DNA of 64,000 nt from Akkermansiaceae bacterium (lineage in GTDB: Bacteria; Verrucomicrobiota; Verrucomicrobiia; Verrucomicrobiales; Akkermansiaceae), in assembly GCA_013001695.1 (NCBI GenBank), contig JABDMC010000201.1:32580-96579 (forward strand), written 5' to 3'. Below the pieces are notes generated by a model that was not told the DNA's origin, made no database searches, and saw nothing but the letters and a program-made list of their open reading frames with translations. Position numbers and translations under genes: made by a program. Shown piece by piece: positions 1-7,767 of this stretch (position 1 is its first letter; every line of letters begins with the position of its first letter).

Positions 1-3000
1 CCCGAAGGCCTCCAGCGGGATCTCGATCTTCCCGTCCTCCCCCGGCTGCAGGTTCAGCATCTCGGCCGGGCCGGCCGCCAGGAAGTCGACCGACGCGGAC
101 CCTCCGGCGGCCGCTCTGCCACCGTGCCGCGGGGCACCCGGAGGTTGCATCTTGGCGGCCGCTTCGCCCGGCGCCTTGCGCTTGTATTCCTCCCCCTCGG
201 CGAGCTTCTCCTCGCCGGCCTCGGTGTCGCGCACCTGCCACGGGTTGAGCAGGATCTCGGGGCGTTCCAGCATGTTGCCCGGCAGCCGCTGCGCGTAGCG
301 CCGCTCCAGGACGTAGCGGAACTCGTCGCCGATCTTCCGGCCGCTGAGAAAGAGGTTCGGCAGGCGTGACGGACGGCCCGCAAACAGGCCCGGCCGCGGC
401 GCGTGGCCGAGGGCCCCGAAGAGCCCGATGTCCGGCAGGAAGCGCGTCGCCACGACGTGCACCCGGGTCAGCTTGTCGGCGTTCGCCACCTCGATCACGA
501 ACGCCTCCCCGGCAACCCCCGCCGAGACAAGGTGCGCCGGCCGCCGGTCCTCGAGTTCCAGGATGCGCGCCGGATTGAACACGTAGCCCGCGGATCGCTC
601 TCCATCCGCGATCCGCAGCGTGACCGCCTGCCCGCTCTCCTTCAGGAGGAGCCTGTAGTCGCCCGCCGCAAGTCCGTTCGCCACGAGGAAGCCGCCATCC
701 CGGCCGAGCTTCCCGAAGGCGTCCTCGGTGAACCCGCCGGATCCCACCGCAAGCAGCGCCACCCCGGCCCGGTCGAGCGCCCCGAAGAACGGAATGCGCA
801 CCGCCTCGCCGGCCACCGCGTTGATGACGCCCGCCTGCGTGCGCCGGGCCTCCGGGAGCGTCCACGACCGCTGGTAGCCGCCGGGGGCCTCCGCCGTGAT
901 CTCCTCGATGCCGTCGAGGGCGCCGAGATCGATCCCGCCCGCCGCGTCGGTCTTCAGGGTGAACTTCCGCGCGTTCTCGAACCCGGCGCGCCGGCACGCC
1001 ACGTTGAGGTTCTGCCCGTTCCGGGGCTCCCCGGTCCGGCCGAGCAACTCGACAACGTAGCGGTCGCCGATGCGGCTCAGGTAAAGGTCATCGACCCGGT
1101 CGCTGCGCAGTTGACCGTTGACCTCGAAGTCCCGGCCGTCGCCGACATCGATGTCCTTCCCGCCCTCGCTCAGCGCTTTCACCTGCGCGCGCAACTGCAC
1201 GTCGAGGCTTGCCAGGCGGTCCGGCACGCGGAATTCGTGCGTCGCTTCGCGGTCCGACGCGACCTTGAAACCCGCGATGGTGGTCGTCGTCTTCACCCCG
1301 TCGAGGTCCGTGGACGTCAGGATCAACCGCACGTTCCCGAGCCGCGACAACGACACCGGCCGTCCGGCCACCGTCAGCACCGGCCGCGCCACCACGGTCG
1401 CGGTCGCGCCGGGACGCAACGCCTCGCGATCCACCCGGATCCCGGCTTCGAGATTGAATCGCTCCGCCTCGTGCTCGAAGCGCGCCAGCGACGCGAACCC
1501 CGAAGCGGTCTCCACCACCGCGGTGCGCCTCCCGGGGGCGGTCGAGAACGGCACCAGGGCCCGCCCGTCTTCATTGCAGGGAATGCGCGCCCCGCCGAAC
1601 CACACCGCGGCATCGGGAACCGGCCGGTGCGCCTCGTCGACCACCGTGAGGCCCACCCCGCGCGAGGCCGTTTCCGCGATCACCTCCAGCTTGCCCCTCC
1701 GGATCACGGCGCGGCTGCTCTTGCTGCCGCCGATGAACTCCACCACCCACACCCCGCGGCGCTTCTCGATCTCGGGGAACTCGAAGTCCCGCGCCACCCG
1801 CCGTTGCGGGGCGTCGTCGTACTCCACGGTGCGCTCGTGGTTCGGGACCAGCCCGTCGAGGTCGAGGTCGGTGCTCACTTCTTCCCCGCGCTCGAGGTAG
1901 TAGTTCAGGGTGTTCACCTCGAAGACCTTCACGATGAGCGTCTGCACGTTCTTGATGTGCAGGCGCAGCTTCACGGTGTCCTCCACGCCGAACCGCTCCG
2001 GGCTGGCGGCGTCGAACTCGACATCAACGCGGTCCTTCAGCGCCTGGAATCCGCTCGGACTGAGGAGCGACGCCCACTGCTCGGAGTCACCGACCCCGTT
2101 CACGATCTTGGTCTCCGCGAAGACCGCCTTCAGCCAGTCCTCCGCAAGGAACGGCGCGTAGGCGTCGAAATTCGCGGCGTCCTTCAGGAAGTGCAGCAGG
2201 TAGGCCCGCACCAGGGGCTCGTCCCCGCCGATCGGCGCCAGCCCCGTGACCCCCCGGAAATCCCGGTTCATGTCGGCCGGCGAGCGCCACGCCTCCTTCT
2301 GCTCCCGGCGCCACGCCGGACGGAGGTAGGGGGCATTGCGCGGCAGCTTGATGTAATCCTTGAAGCGCCCCTCGTCGTGGATCCCCCGGGCATGGTCGTG
2401 CGCCAGCCGCCGGTAGAGGAGGTGCGCCTTCAACGAATTGAAGGCCGGGTCGAGGTCCTTCACGAAGGCCCAGGCCCGGTCGAAATACGCTTCCCGCACC
2501 GACGGCTCCGCCGCCGGATTGGAGTCCGCCCCGGGCCGGAGCTTCCCGAGGTAGGTATGCACGTAATTCTCGTTGCGCAGCAGGTCCTCCTTCTGCCCCC
2601 GCAGCTCGTCGAGTTGCGCGATGGTGAGGGCCCGGTGGATCCCGAACTCCCCGAATCCGCGGCTCTCCTTCGATTTCAGGTCCGCCCCGATCACTCCCAC
2701 CAGCCCCGGCAGATCGGGGAGCTCCGCCCGCGACAGGAGGTCCCGGCGCTGCGGCCCGGTCAACTCGTGCCCGCTCGCCAGAAGCGCATGGAAGGCCTCC
2801 GGCTTCAGCCGGTTCAGCCCCTCGGTCCCGCGCAAGGCGTCCTCGAGGTAGCGGCCCCACGCGATTCCGGCCTGGTCGAGGACCGACGGATGATCCTGCG
2901 CCGCGGCCCGGCCTTCCTGCTGATGATTGAAATCCAGGCCAAGCTCGCGCCGGATGAACTCCAGCGACTCCTGCGGATCATTGGCGTAGTTGATCAACGC

Positions 3001-3288
3001 TTCCCGGCGCGCGATCATGTTCCGCCGGCTCGAATTCGGAAACCGCTTCTGCCACTGCCCCATGATTTCCCCGAACTGGTTCCTCTGCCGCGTGTTCTGG
3101 TAGTGCAGGGCGTGGAAGTAGTAGTAATCCTCCGTCCCGGGGATGAGCTGCCGGAGCGCCTCTTCCCGGTTCGCGGCGAGGGCGAAGTCTTCAATGTACC
3201 CGATCTCCTGTTGCGCCGGGAGGGTCGGGAGGCTCGCCATGGCGGCGAGGGCGAGGGCGAGGATGGGGCGATAGCTGGTTGTGTTCAT
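1..3288 (-). CDS. large secreted protein of unknown function (N-terminal ~1096 aa; 3' end runs off the left edge)
   Basis: Absent from the ORF track because no stop codon lies inside the window. Read by hand from the reverse complement: ATG at 3288 (alternative in-frame ATG at 3330; upstream in-frame stop at 3337-3339). This gives MNTTSYRPILALALAAMASLPTLPAQQEIGYIEDF..., which looks like a signal peptide, followed by ordinary globular-looking sequence open to position 1 (...GKIEIPLEAFG). No complete minus-strand ORF in this frame is listed between 1 and 3336. The 1100-aa plus-strand ORF 403..3705 is its antisense shadow. Confidence 0.7.
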   Translation of the reverse strand, partial: MNTTSYRPILALALAAMASLPTLPAQQEIGYIEDFALAANREEALRQLIPGTEDYYYFHALHYQNTRQRNQFGEIMGQWQKRFPNSSRRNMIARREALINYANDPQESLEFIRRELGLDFNHQQEGRAAAQDHPSVLDQAGIAWGRYLEDALRGTEGLNRLKPEAFHALLASGHELTGPQRRDLLSRAELPDLPGLVGVIGADLKSKESRGFGEFGIHRALTIAQLDELRGQKEDLLRNENYVHTYLGKLRPGADSNPAAEPSVREAYFDRAWAFVKDLDPAFNSLKAHLLYRRLAHDHARGIHDEGRFKDYIKLPRNAPYLRPAWRREQKEAWRSPADMNRDFRGVTGLAPIGGDEPLVRAYLLHFLKDAANFDAYAPFLAEDWLKAVFAETKIVNGVGDSEQWASLLSPSGFQALKDRVDVEFDAASPERFGVEDTVKLRLHIKNVQTLIVKVFEVNTLNYYLERGEEVSTDLDLDGLVPNHERTVEYDDAPQRRVARDFEFPEIEKRRGVWVVEFIGGSKSSRAVIRRGKLEVIAETASRGVGLTVVDEAHRPVPDAAVWFGGARIPCNEDGRALVPFSTAPGRRTAVVETASGFASLARFEHEAERFNLEAGIRVDREALRPGATATVVARPVLTVAGRPVSLSRLGNVRLILTSTDLDGVKTTTTIAGFKVASDREATHEFRVPDRLASLDVQLRAQVKALSEGGKDIDVGDGRDFEVNGQLRSDRVDDLYLSRIGDRYVVELLGRTGEPRNGQNLNVACRRAGFENARKFTLKTDAAGGIDLGALDGIEEITAEAPGGYQRSWTLPEARRTQAGVINAVAGEAVRIPFFGALDRAGVALLAVGSGGFTEDAFGKLGRDGGFLVANGLAAGDYRLLLKESGQAVTLRIADGERSAGYVFNPARILELEDRRPAHLVSAGVAGEAFVIEVANADKLTRVHVVATRFLPDIGLFGALGHAPRPGLFAGRPSRLPNLFLSGRKIGDEFRYVLERRYAQRLPGNMLERPEILLNPWQVRDTEAGEEKLAEGEEYKRKAPGEAAAKMQPPGAPRHGGRAAAGGSASVDFLAAGPAEMLNLQPGEDGKIEIPLEAFG

Positions 3289-3442
3289 CGGTTCGGTGGT
3301 TCCGGGGTTCTTCCGGGCAGGGAGATTCATTGTGCCTCATTCTCCTGCCACAGTCACCCTGAATCCAGACCCGCCGGCGGCCGGATCCTTGGAAATTTCC
3401 GCAATTTCCACGGATTCCACGCCCCGCGCCGGATGCAGTCCC

Positions 3443-3700
3443 GAAGCGGCCTCCCCAGGCAGCATAGCGAAACGCCTCCCCGCACCTGCGTGGCGGAACG
3501 CCTGCGCGTTCCGACTGAAGCGCCTCCCCGGACAAAAAAGCAAAACGCCTCCCCGGCCTGCGTAGCGGAACGCCTGCGCGTTCCGACTGAAGCGCCTCCC
3601 CGGACAAAAAAGCAAAACGCCTCCCCGACCTGCGCAGCGGAACGCCTGCGCGTTCCGACCGAAGCGCCTCCCCGGACAAAAAAGCAAAACACCTCCTCGA
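3443..3700. repeat. tandem repeat, 72-bp unit, ~3.5 copies, each unit with an 8-bp perfect hairpin
   Basis: Unit starts at 3521, 3593 and 3665 (period 72). A more diverged 74-nt copy lies at 3447-3520. Unit: CGCCTCCCCGGACAAAAAAGCAAAACGCCTCCCCGGCCTGCGTAGCGGAACGCCTGCGCGTTCCGACTGAAG. It contains CGGAACGC-CTGC-GCGTTCCG, whose arms are exact reverse complements. Confidence 0.9.
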
Positions 3701-3789
3701 AATAGAGGGACTGAAATAGAGGGACAGGTCATTTGTCTGTGAAATAGAGTGAAATAGAGTGAAATAGAGGGACAGGTCATTTGTCTGTG
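3699..3789. repeat. left motif array: 3 full and 2 degenerate copies of GAAATAGAGGGAC, two of them extended by AGGTCATTTGTCTGT
   Basis: Read directly. GAAATAGAGGGAC at 3699, 3713 and 3761. GAAATAGAGT at 3741 and 3751. Confidence 0.9.
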
Positions 3790-3998
3790 CATCCCCTGTT
3801 TCCAATCGAAACGGTCTTCGGCGGCCAGGCGCACGGTGCTCGGAGATGCAATGCTCCATGGAATGGGCCGTATCCCGGGTTTGCCCCGGTGCTCAACACC
3901 CCAATTGCACGTCGTCTCCGCGCGTGGACCGCTTGTTCCCACGCGCGCACTTCTGGCACCCGCCTTCCGAAACGAGTTTGGCTAGCCGACCATGCTGC

Positions 3999-5120
3999 CT
4001 AACAGCGCAGCGCCTCCTTGCGCAGATCGCGCATGGTGCACAATTGGCTCGCGACCTGTCGCATTCGCCGCGCTCCGCTGACCCGCTTCGGACCGAAGTA
4101 GCCCCGGCTCAATGCAAAGACGCGGTTCACGAAAGCCTCGCTGCCGAGCACCAGCCCATCCACAAAATACCGGGTGCGGCACCACATCAACTCGGCCTCG
4201 CTGAGATCTCCTCCGCGGGCCAGGATCTGCTCCACCCGTTTGCGCGGGATGCCGGCGCGCTTCCGCGTTTCATCCCGGGGACTCGCTTCGCCCTCCTCGA
4301 AGAGCAGCAGCCGGTATCGCCGCATGACTTCCTTCGATCCGGCAAGCTCACGGGCGGCGCGTCCCTCGCTGGTCCGGGTACATAGTTCCTCGAACAAGAC
4401 GAGTCGTAAACCGACGCAGGCCCGCTTCTTACCGGCCACCGCCTCGCCGTACCCACTCCACCGGTAGTCCTTGGGGTCGCTGACGATCCCCGCCCGCACC
4501 GGATTCAAGTCGATGTAGCCGGCCACACGCCGGGTGGCGTGTCCGCTTTCCACCAACTCGCTCTTGAAGCGCTCCTCCCACAGCACACCCCTGCGCCCGT
4601 GCGTGCGATTGAACCACTGGGTGAAGCTCTGTTTGAGAATCTTCATGAAGGCCGAGAGATCCCACATGCGCGCGAAGAACCTCGCGCGAAACGCATCTGC
4701 CGCCTCCTCATCGCCCAACCCCCGCAGCTGCGCAAGCTCCCAGCGCAACTGCCCCACTCTGGCCTCGTCGTAGATGAGCCCGAGGTGTTTGAGCAATCGT
4801 TCATCCGACCATGAGGCCCCGCCATCCTCGGGCGGGGCGGGAACTTCCACCAGGATGTGGAAGTGGTTCGACATCACACAATGGGTGATGACCTGCACCT
4901 GCGAAAAGGCCTCATAGCGCCGCATGAGCCGCACGAACTGCTCCTTCTCGTCGCCTCCCAACAAGCGCTGGCGATCCACGATGCGCGACGTGCAATGGTA
5001 GATCGCCGGCTTACCATGCAACGCCTCCAAGGCCGCGGCGGCCTCCTCCCCTTCCAAAGTTAACTCATTCCCTTCCAGCACCTTACGGTGCCACGGGGCC
5101 AAGTAGCGACGCTGGCGCAT
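3999..5120 (-). CDS. HUH/Y1 transposase, REP-associated tyrosine transposase (RAYT)-like, with a long C-terminal extension
   Basis: 373-aa ORF with ATG start. HUH motif in VMSNHFHILVEV. Catalytic-Tyr motif in RRVAGYIDLNPVRAGIV, which is the typical Y1 transposase / RAYT pattern. Flanked by inverted repeats. Confidence 0.8.
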   Translation of the reverse strand: MRQRRYLAPWHRKVLEGNELTLEGEEAAAALEALHGKPAIYHCTSRIVDRQRLLGGDEKEQFVRLMRRYEAFSQVQVITHCVMSNHFHILVEVPAPPEDGGASWSDERLLKHLGLIYDEARVGQLRWELAQLRGLGDEEAADAFRARFFARMWDLSAFMKILKQSFTQWFNRTHGRRGVLWEERFKSELVESGHATRRVAGYIDLNPVRAGIVSDPKDYRWSGYGEAVAGKKRACVGLRLVLFEELCTRTSEGRAARELAGSKEVMRRYRLLLFEEGEASPRDETRKRAGIPRKRVEQILARGGDLSEAELMWCRTRYFVDGLVLGSEAFVNRVFALSRGYFGPKRVSGARRMRQVASQLCTMRDLRKEALRC

Positions 5121-5161
5121 ACCTCAAGACTACTCATATGAACACTTTGCTCAAGATTTTT

Positions 5162-5288
5162 CTGACTAATGACCCGTCCCTCTATTCTGTCGCTGACTAA
5201 TGACCTGTCGCCTAATGACCTGTCCCTCTATTCTGGCCTAATGACCTGTCCCTCTATTCTGCTGTCCCTCTATTCTGTCCCTCTATTC
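5162..5288. repeat. right motif array: 5 copies of GTCCCTCTATTC, the reverse complement of the left motif, some preceded by (CT)AATGACCT
   Basis: GTCCCTCTATTC at 5176, 5222, 5248, 5264 and 5277. CTGACTAATGACC occurs twice (5162, 5193). Confidence 0.9.
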
Positions 5289-5299
5289 TGGGCGCATGG

Positions 5300-6097
5300 T
5301 CACCGCCGCGGCGCGACCGGAGGCGGCGGCGTGATCACTTCGGGGCGGGAGTGCATCGGCACCGGGATGGCGCGGGGCGCAGACCGCAAGGGCACCACCC
5401 GATCGCGCGGGGGAAGCGGGACCGGCTTCGAGCGGGCCGGCAGGACCACCGGCACGGCCCGCGGAACCAGCCGCCGCTTGAAGTGCTCCTCAACCTCCGA
5501 CGGAACGTAGGCATCCGGTCGCGATGCCTCGCGCCGGCCGCGCTCCGCAGGAGGCAGTTTCCACAGGCTCTCGATCTCGAGTGGCAGCTCCTCGGGGAGG
5601 AGAACACCGTCGAAATCCGATAACTGCCACAGGCGGGTGCGCCCCGTGGGCACCGAATGAATCAACATCAGGCTGCCGGCCTGCGCCGTCGAGACATCGA
5701 CCCGGCTCGGGATGGCGTAGGTCGTGGGATGAGAATGAAAGCTCCCGATAATGCGGCGGTTGGTGAGCTTCGCAATCTGCCGCATCCGCGCAATGCTTTC
5801 CTGCGACATGAGGTAGGCGTGCGACTCACGGGCCTCGTTCAGTCCGTAAATGAGGTCGATCTTCCCTTCCGCATTCATCATGAGGCTGCCGCAGACCTCG
5901 AAATCCCCGCGACGCTTGGCCCGGATTGCCTCCTGGCGCAGGCGCTTGCCGTGACCCGCCGCCAGCACGTTCCGCCCGCCGGGATACGACAACGAAACCG
6001 TCGGGCGCGCGTTCGGGTTCTCGAAGATGTAGCCCACGAACGACCCACACCCGGTCAAGACCAGGCTCGCCGGCAGGAGCAGCCAATATCTCTTCAT
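5300..6097 (-). CDS. lipoprotein with JAMM/MPN (JAB) metalloprotease domain and Pro-rich C-terminal tail
   Basis: The N-terminus MKRYWLLLPASLVLTGCGS is a signal peptide with a lipobox. JAMM signature: E in DFEVCGSLM, then GSFHSHPTTYAIPSRVD, which fits H-x-H-x7-S-x2-D. Confidence 0.7.
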   Translation of the reverse strand: MKRYWLLLPASLVLTGCGSFVGYIFENPNARPTVSLSYPGGRNVLAAGHGKRLRQEAIRAKRRGDFEVCGSLMMNAEGKIDLIYGLNEARESHAYLMSQESIARMRQIAKLTNRRIIGSFHSHPTTYAIPSRVDVSTAQAGSLMLIHSVPTGRTRLWQLSDFDGVLLPEELPLEIESLWKLPPAERGRREASRPDAYVPSEVEEHFKRRLVPRAVPVVLPARSKPVPLPPRDRVVPLRSAPRAIPVPMHSRPEVITPPPPVAPRR

Positions 6098-6190
6098 GAC
6101 GGACGGCGCGATGAATCATCACGTGCCGCGGCGAAGCACACTCCGGGCCGAGGCCCGGCAGCCCCGGGACACGCCAGACCCCACGCTGGA

Positions 6191-6517
6191 TCAACGCAGG
6201 TTGAACTTGTTCTTGAGCGCCAGGTGGACCGGAGTCGTCACGATGAAGGGCGACCGAAAGCGCGGATGCTGGTTGGCCTGGGCCATCGCGTCCGACGGGA
6301 AGCCGCTCTTGGCGCCCGCGATTCCGCTCTTCGCGGTTCCGAATCCCCCCTTGTCCGAGACGAGGCCGCCCTTCCCGCTGTCAAATCCCCCTTTGGAGCC
6401 CATCGAGACGGGACCCGGTTGTTGATAAACTGGCGTCGGCTGCGGCTGGCTGGCGCATGAGCAGATGAGCAGTGCGGCGCCGGCAACCGTGAGAAGCGGA
6501 ATATTGTGCGTAATCAT
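6191..6517 (-). CDS. small glycine-rich lipoprotein
   Basis: Internal ATG at 6517 gives MITHNIPLLTVAGAALLICSCASQ..., a signal peptide with a lipobox. This is followed by repeats SKGGFDSGKGGLVSDKGGFGTAKSGIAGAKSGF. The longer track ORF (start 6646) adds an implausible N-terminus. Confidence 0.5.
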   Translation of the reverse strand: MITHNIPLLTVAGAALLICSCASQPQPTPVYQQPGPVSMGSKGGFDSGKGGLVSDKGGFGTAKSGIAGAKSGFPSDAMAQANQHPRFRSPFIVTTPVHLALKNKFNLR

Positions 6518-6835
6518 TTTCACGATACCCCTGCCTATGGCTCGTTCCTCGTGGCCACAAGCACAATATCTTTCACCGTCGGCGGATTTTTGAAGCATCC
6601 TAACTAGTTTTCCGCGCTTGCAGGTGCGGCCGCTGGTCAGGCGCACAAGGTCAGGCGAACGGGACCCGTCGCGCCGGGACCGGCCTCATCCCGACCCGCG
6701 ATCTGCCCGGGCGCTCGTTTCCGGGCGTCCCTGCGTCGGAAAACCCACATTACGAGGCCCTTGGGAACGTTCCGTTTCGCCTCGTCGCCGCACCCCTCCC
6801 CGGACCGCGCCTTCCGGTCGTGCCGAGCGGCGCGC

Positions 6836-6946
6836 TCAGGCCACCAGGAACACGTAAAACACATACAGCACGAAAATCGCGGCCACAAATGCGGTGATAT
6901 CGTCGGCGTAGCGGTGGATCGTGCGAATCAGACGGGGATGTTTCAT
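6836..6946 (-). CDS. possible 36-aa single-TM membrane peptide
   Basis: MKHPRLIRTIHRYADDITAFVAAIFVLYVFYVFLVA. ATG start preceded by AGGAAA about 15 nt upstream. It is the C-terminal part of track ORF 6836..7207, whose upstream part does not look like protein. Short, so weakly supported. Confidence 0.3.
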   Translation of the reverse strand: MKHPRLIRTIHRYADDITAFVAAIFVLYVFYVFLVA

Positions 6947-7220
6947 GGCGTGGCGTGGGGTTTCCTCAATAAGGAAACGCCCCCACCCCCGAATTTTGCG
7001 CAGGTTCCCGAAATCCGCCGATTCCCGGCAAGCCCGAAGATCCCGGGAATTGCCCAACCCCATGATCTCCAGGAATTTGGCCAGTCCCGCCCCGCACCTC
7101 CCGGCGCCTAGTTCTTCCCTCGTGTCATACCCCGACATCCCGCCCGGTTCCGCCATGCTCAACCGACCCCTCCAAGCCGGCTCGCGAGGAAACGGCGTTC
7201 GCATCAACCGACAGGGAAGC

Positions 7221-7256
7221 CAAACGCCCGTCCTCGCTTGCGAGGGCGGGCGTTTG
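7221..7256 (-). terminator. GC-rich hairpin immediately 3' of tRNA-Asn
   Basis: CAAACGCCCG...CGGGCGTTTG inverted repeat enclosing CCTCGCTTGCGAGG. It overlaps the CCA end of the tRNA. There is no long U-run, so this is terminator-like rather than canonical. Confidence 0.45.
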
Positions 7257-7329
7257 GCTCCTGCGGTTGGATTCGAACCAACGACCTAGTGGTTAACAGC
7301 CACCCGCTCTACCGCTGAGCTACGCAGGA
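7255..7329 (-). tRNA. tRNA-Asn (anticodon GTT), CCA encoded
   Basis: Reverse complement folds as a cloverleaf: TCCTGCG TA GCTC AGCGGTA GAGC G GGTGG CTGTTAA CCACT AGGTC GTTGG TTCGAAT CCAAC CGCAGGA G CCA. All four stems pair. 75 nt. Confidence 0.93.
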
Positions 7330-7387
7330 ATTTCCGTAGGTGATGGGCGGGGACTGTGTTCGGGAGCGCCCAAGGGGGCAAGCAAAA
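7273..7387 (-). repeat. direct repeat copy A (tRNA-Asn 5' two-thirds plus ~58 bp upstream region)
   Basis: Matches 7704-7825 with about six mismatches, apart from an 8-nt versus 15-nt replaced segment (7285-7292 versus 7716-7730). Confidence 0.9.
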
Positions 7388-7409
7388 TCTGCCTGCCGCC
7401 CGGACCCGC

Positions 7410-7691
7410 TCAAGGCCCCGGCAACACGGTCTTCTTGATCCAATCCCGGCCCTGTCCGCCCTTGAGACTCCGCTCCCGCTTCAGGGCGTCGGCTCGGGTC
7501 GGGAATTCCTCCGCGTGAAGGAGCTCCCATTCGCCCGGGAAGCGCTTCGTAAACTTGCTGAAATCGTTGCCGGGGTCGTTGTGCTGCGCGACCCGAGACT
7601 CCAAGTCCCCGGTCTGTCCCACGTAGTATTTTTGATGCCGCGCGTTCCAAACAACGTAGACCCAGAACTGCTCTTGACCAGGGTGCATCAT
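7410..7691 (-). CDS. stand-alone GIY-YIG nuclease family protein (93 aa)
   Basis: MMHPGQEQFWVYVVWNARHQKYYVGQTGDLESRVAQHN...FTKRFPGEWELLHAEEFPTRADALKRERSLKGGQGRDWIKK. This shows the GIY-(x)-YVG block, the R/H-N block and the E...K(R)E block of small GIY-YIG/URI-domain proteins. The track start at 7712 is a TTG lying inside tRNA-remnant sequence, so I prefer the ATG at 7691 or 7688. Confidence 0.8.
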   Translation of the reverse strand: MMHPGQEQFWVYVVWNARHQKYYVGQTGDLESRVAQHNDPGNDFSKFTKRFPGEWELLHAEEFPTRADALKRERSLKGGQGRDWIKKTVLPGP

Positions 7692-7703
7692 CCGCTCAAG
7701 ACC

Positions 7704-7767
7704 TCGAACCAACGATCCGCCTCAGGCGGATTAACAGCCACCCGCTCTACCGCCGAGCTACGCAGGA
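7704..7767 (-). pseudogene. tRNA-Asn remnant (intact 5' half through the anticodon loop; 3' half destroyed)
   Basis: Reverse complement: TCCTGCGTAGCTCGGCGGTAGAGCGGGTGGCTGTTAA, then TCCGCCTGAGGCGGA replaces CCACTAGG, then TCGTTGGTTCGA, then unrelated sequence. The anticodon stem, T stem and acceptor stem cannot close. Confidence 0.8.

Larger units (their letters stand above)
3699..5288 (-). mobile_element. RAYT / IS200-IS605-like Y1 (HUH) transposase gene with flanking inverted motif arrays
   Basis: The CDS 3999..5120 is bracketed by arrays 3699-3789 and 5162-5288, which are reverse complements of one another. The 19-mer AATAGAGGGACAGGTCATT occurs at 3715-3733 and 3763-3781. Its reverse complement AATGACCTGTCCCTCTATT occurs at 5214-5232 and 5240-5258. 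Confidence 0.6.

Noticed and set aside
3443-3700. Possible CRISPR array
   Set aside because: The whole 72-bp unit repeats with no unique spacers. This is a tandem repeat, and no cas genes are nearby.
403-3705. 1100-aa plus-strand ORF, and other long antisense ORFs (10457..11965, 11978..14566, 14633..16978, 17682..20060, 19798..22755, 27957..30206, 44950..45471 extension, 45244..46866, 52744..54765, 54778..56106)
   Set aside because: Each lies opposite a gene with strong family motifs and shows the same arginine/proline/histidine-rich low-information composition. The real gene in 1..3288 is on the minus strand and is missing from the track only because it lacks a stop inside the window.
7704-7767. 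Second functional tRNA-Asn gene
   Set aside because: Only the 5' half is intact. The anticodon-stem 3' strand is replaced by an unrelated hairpin, and the T and acceptor stems cannot pair.
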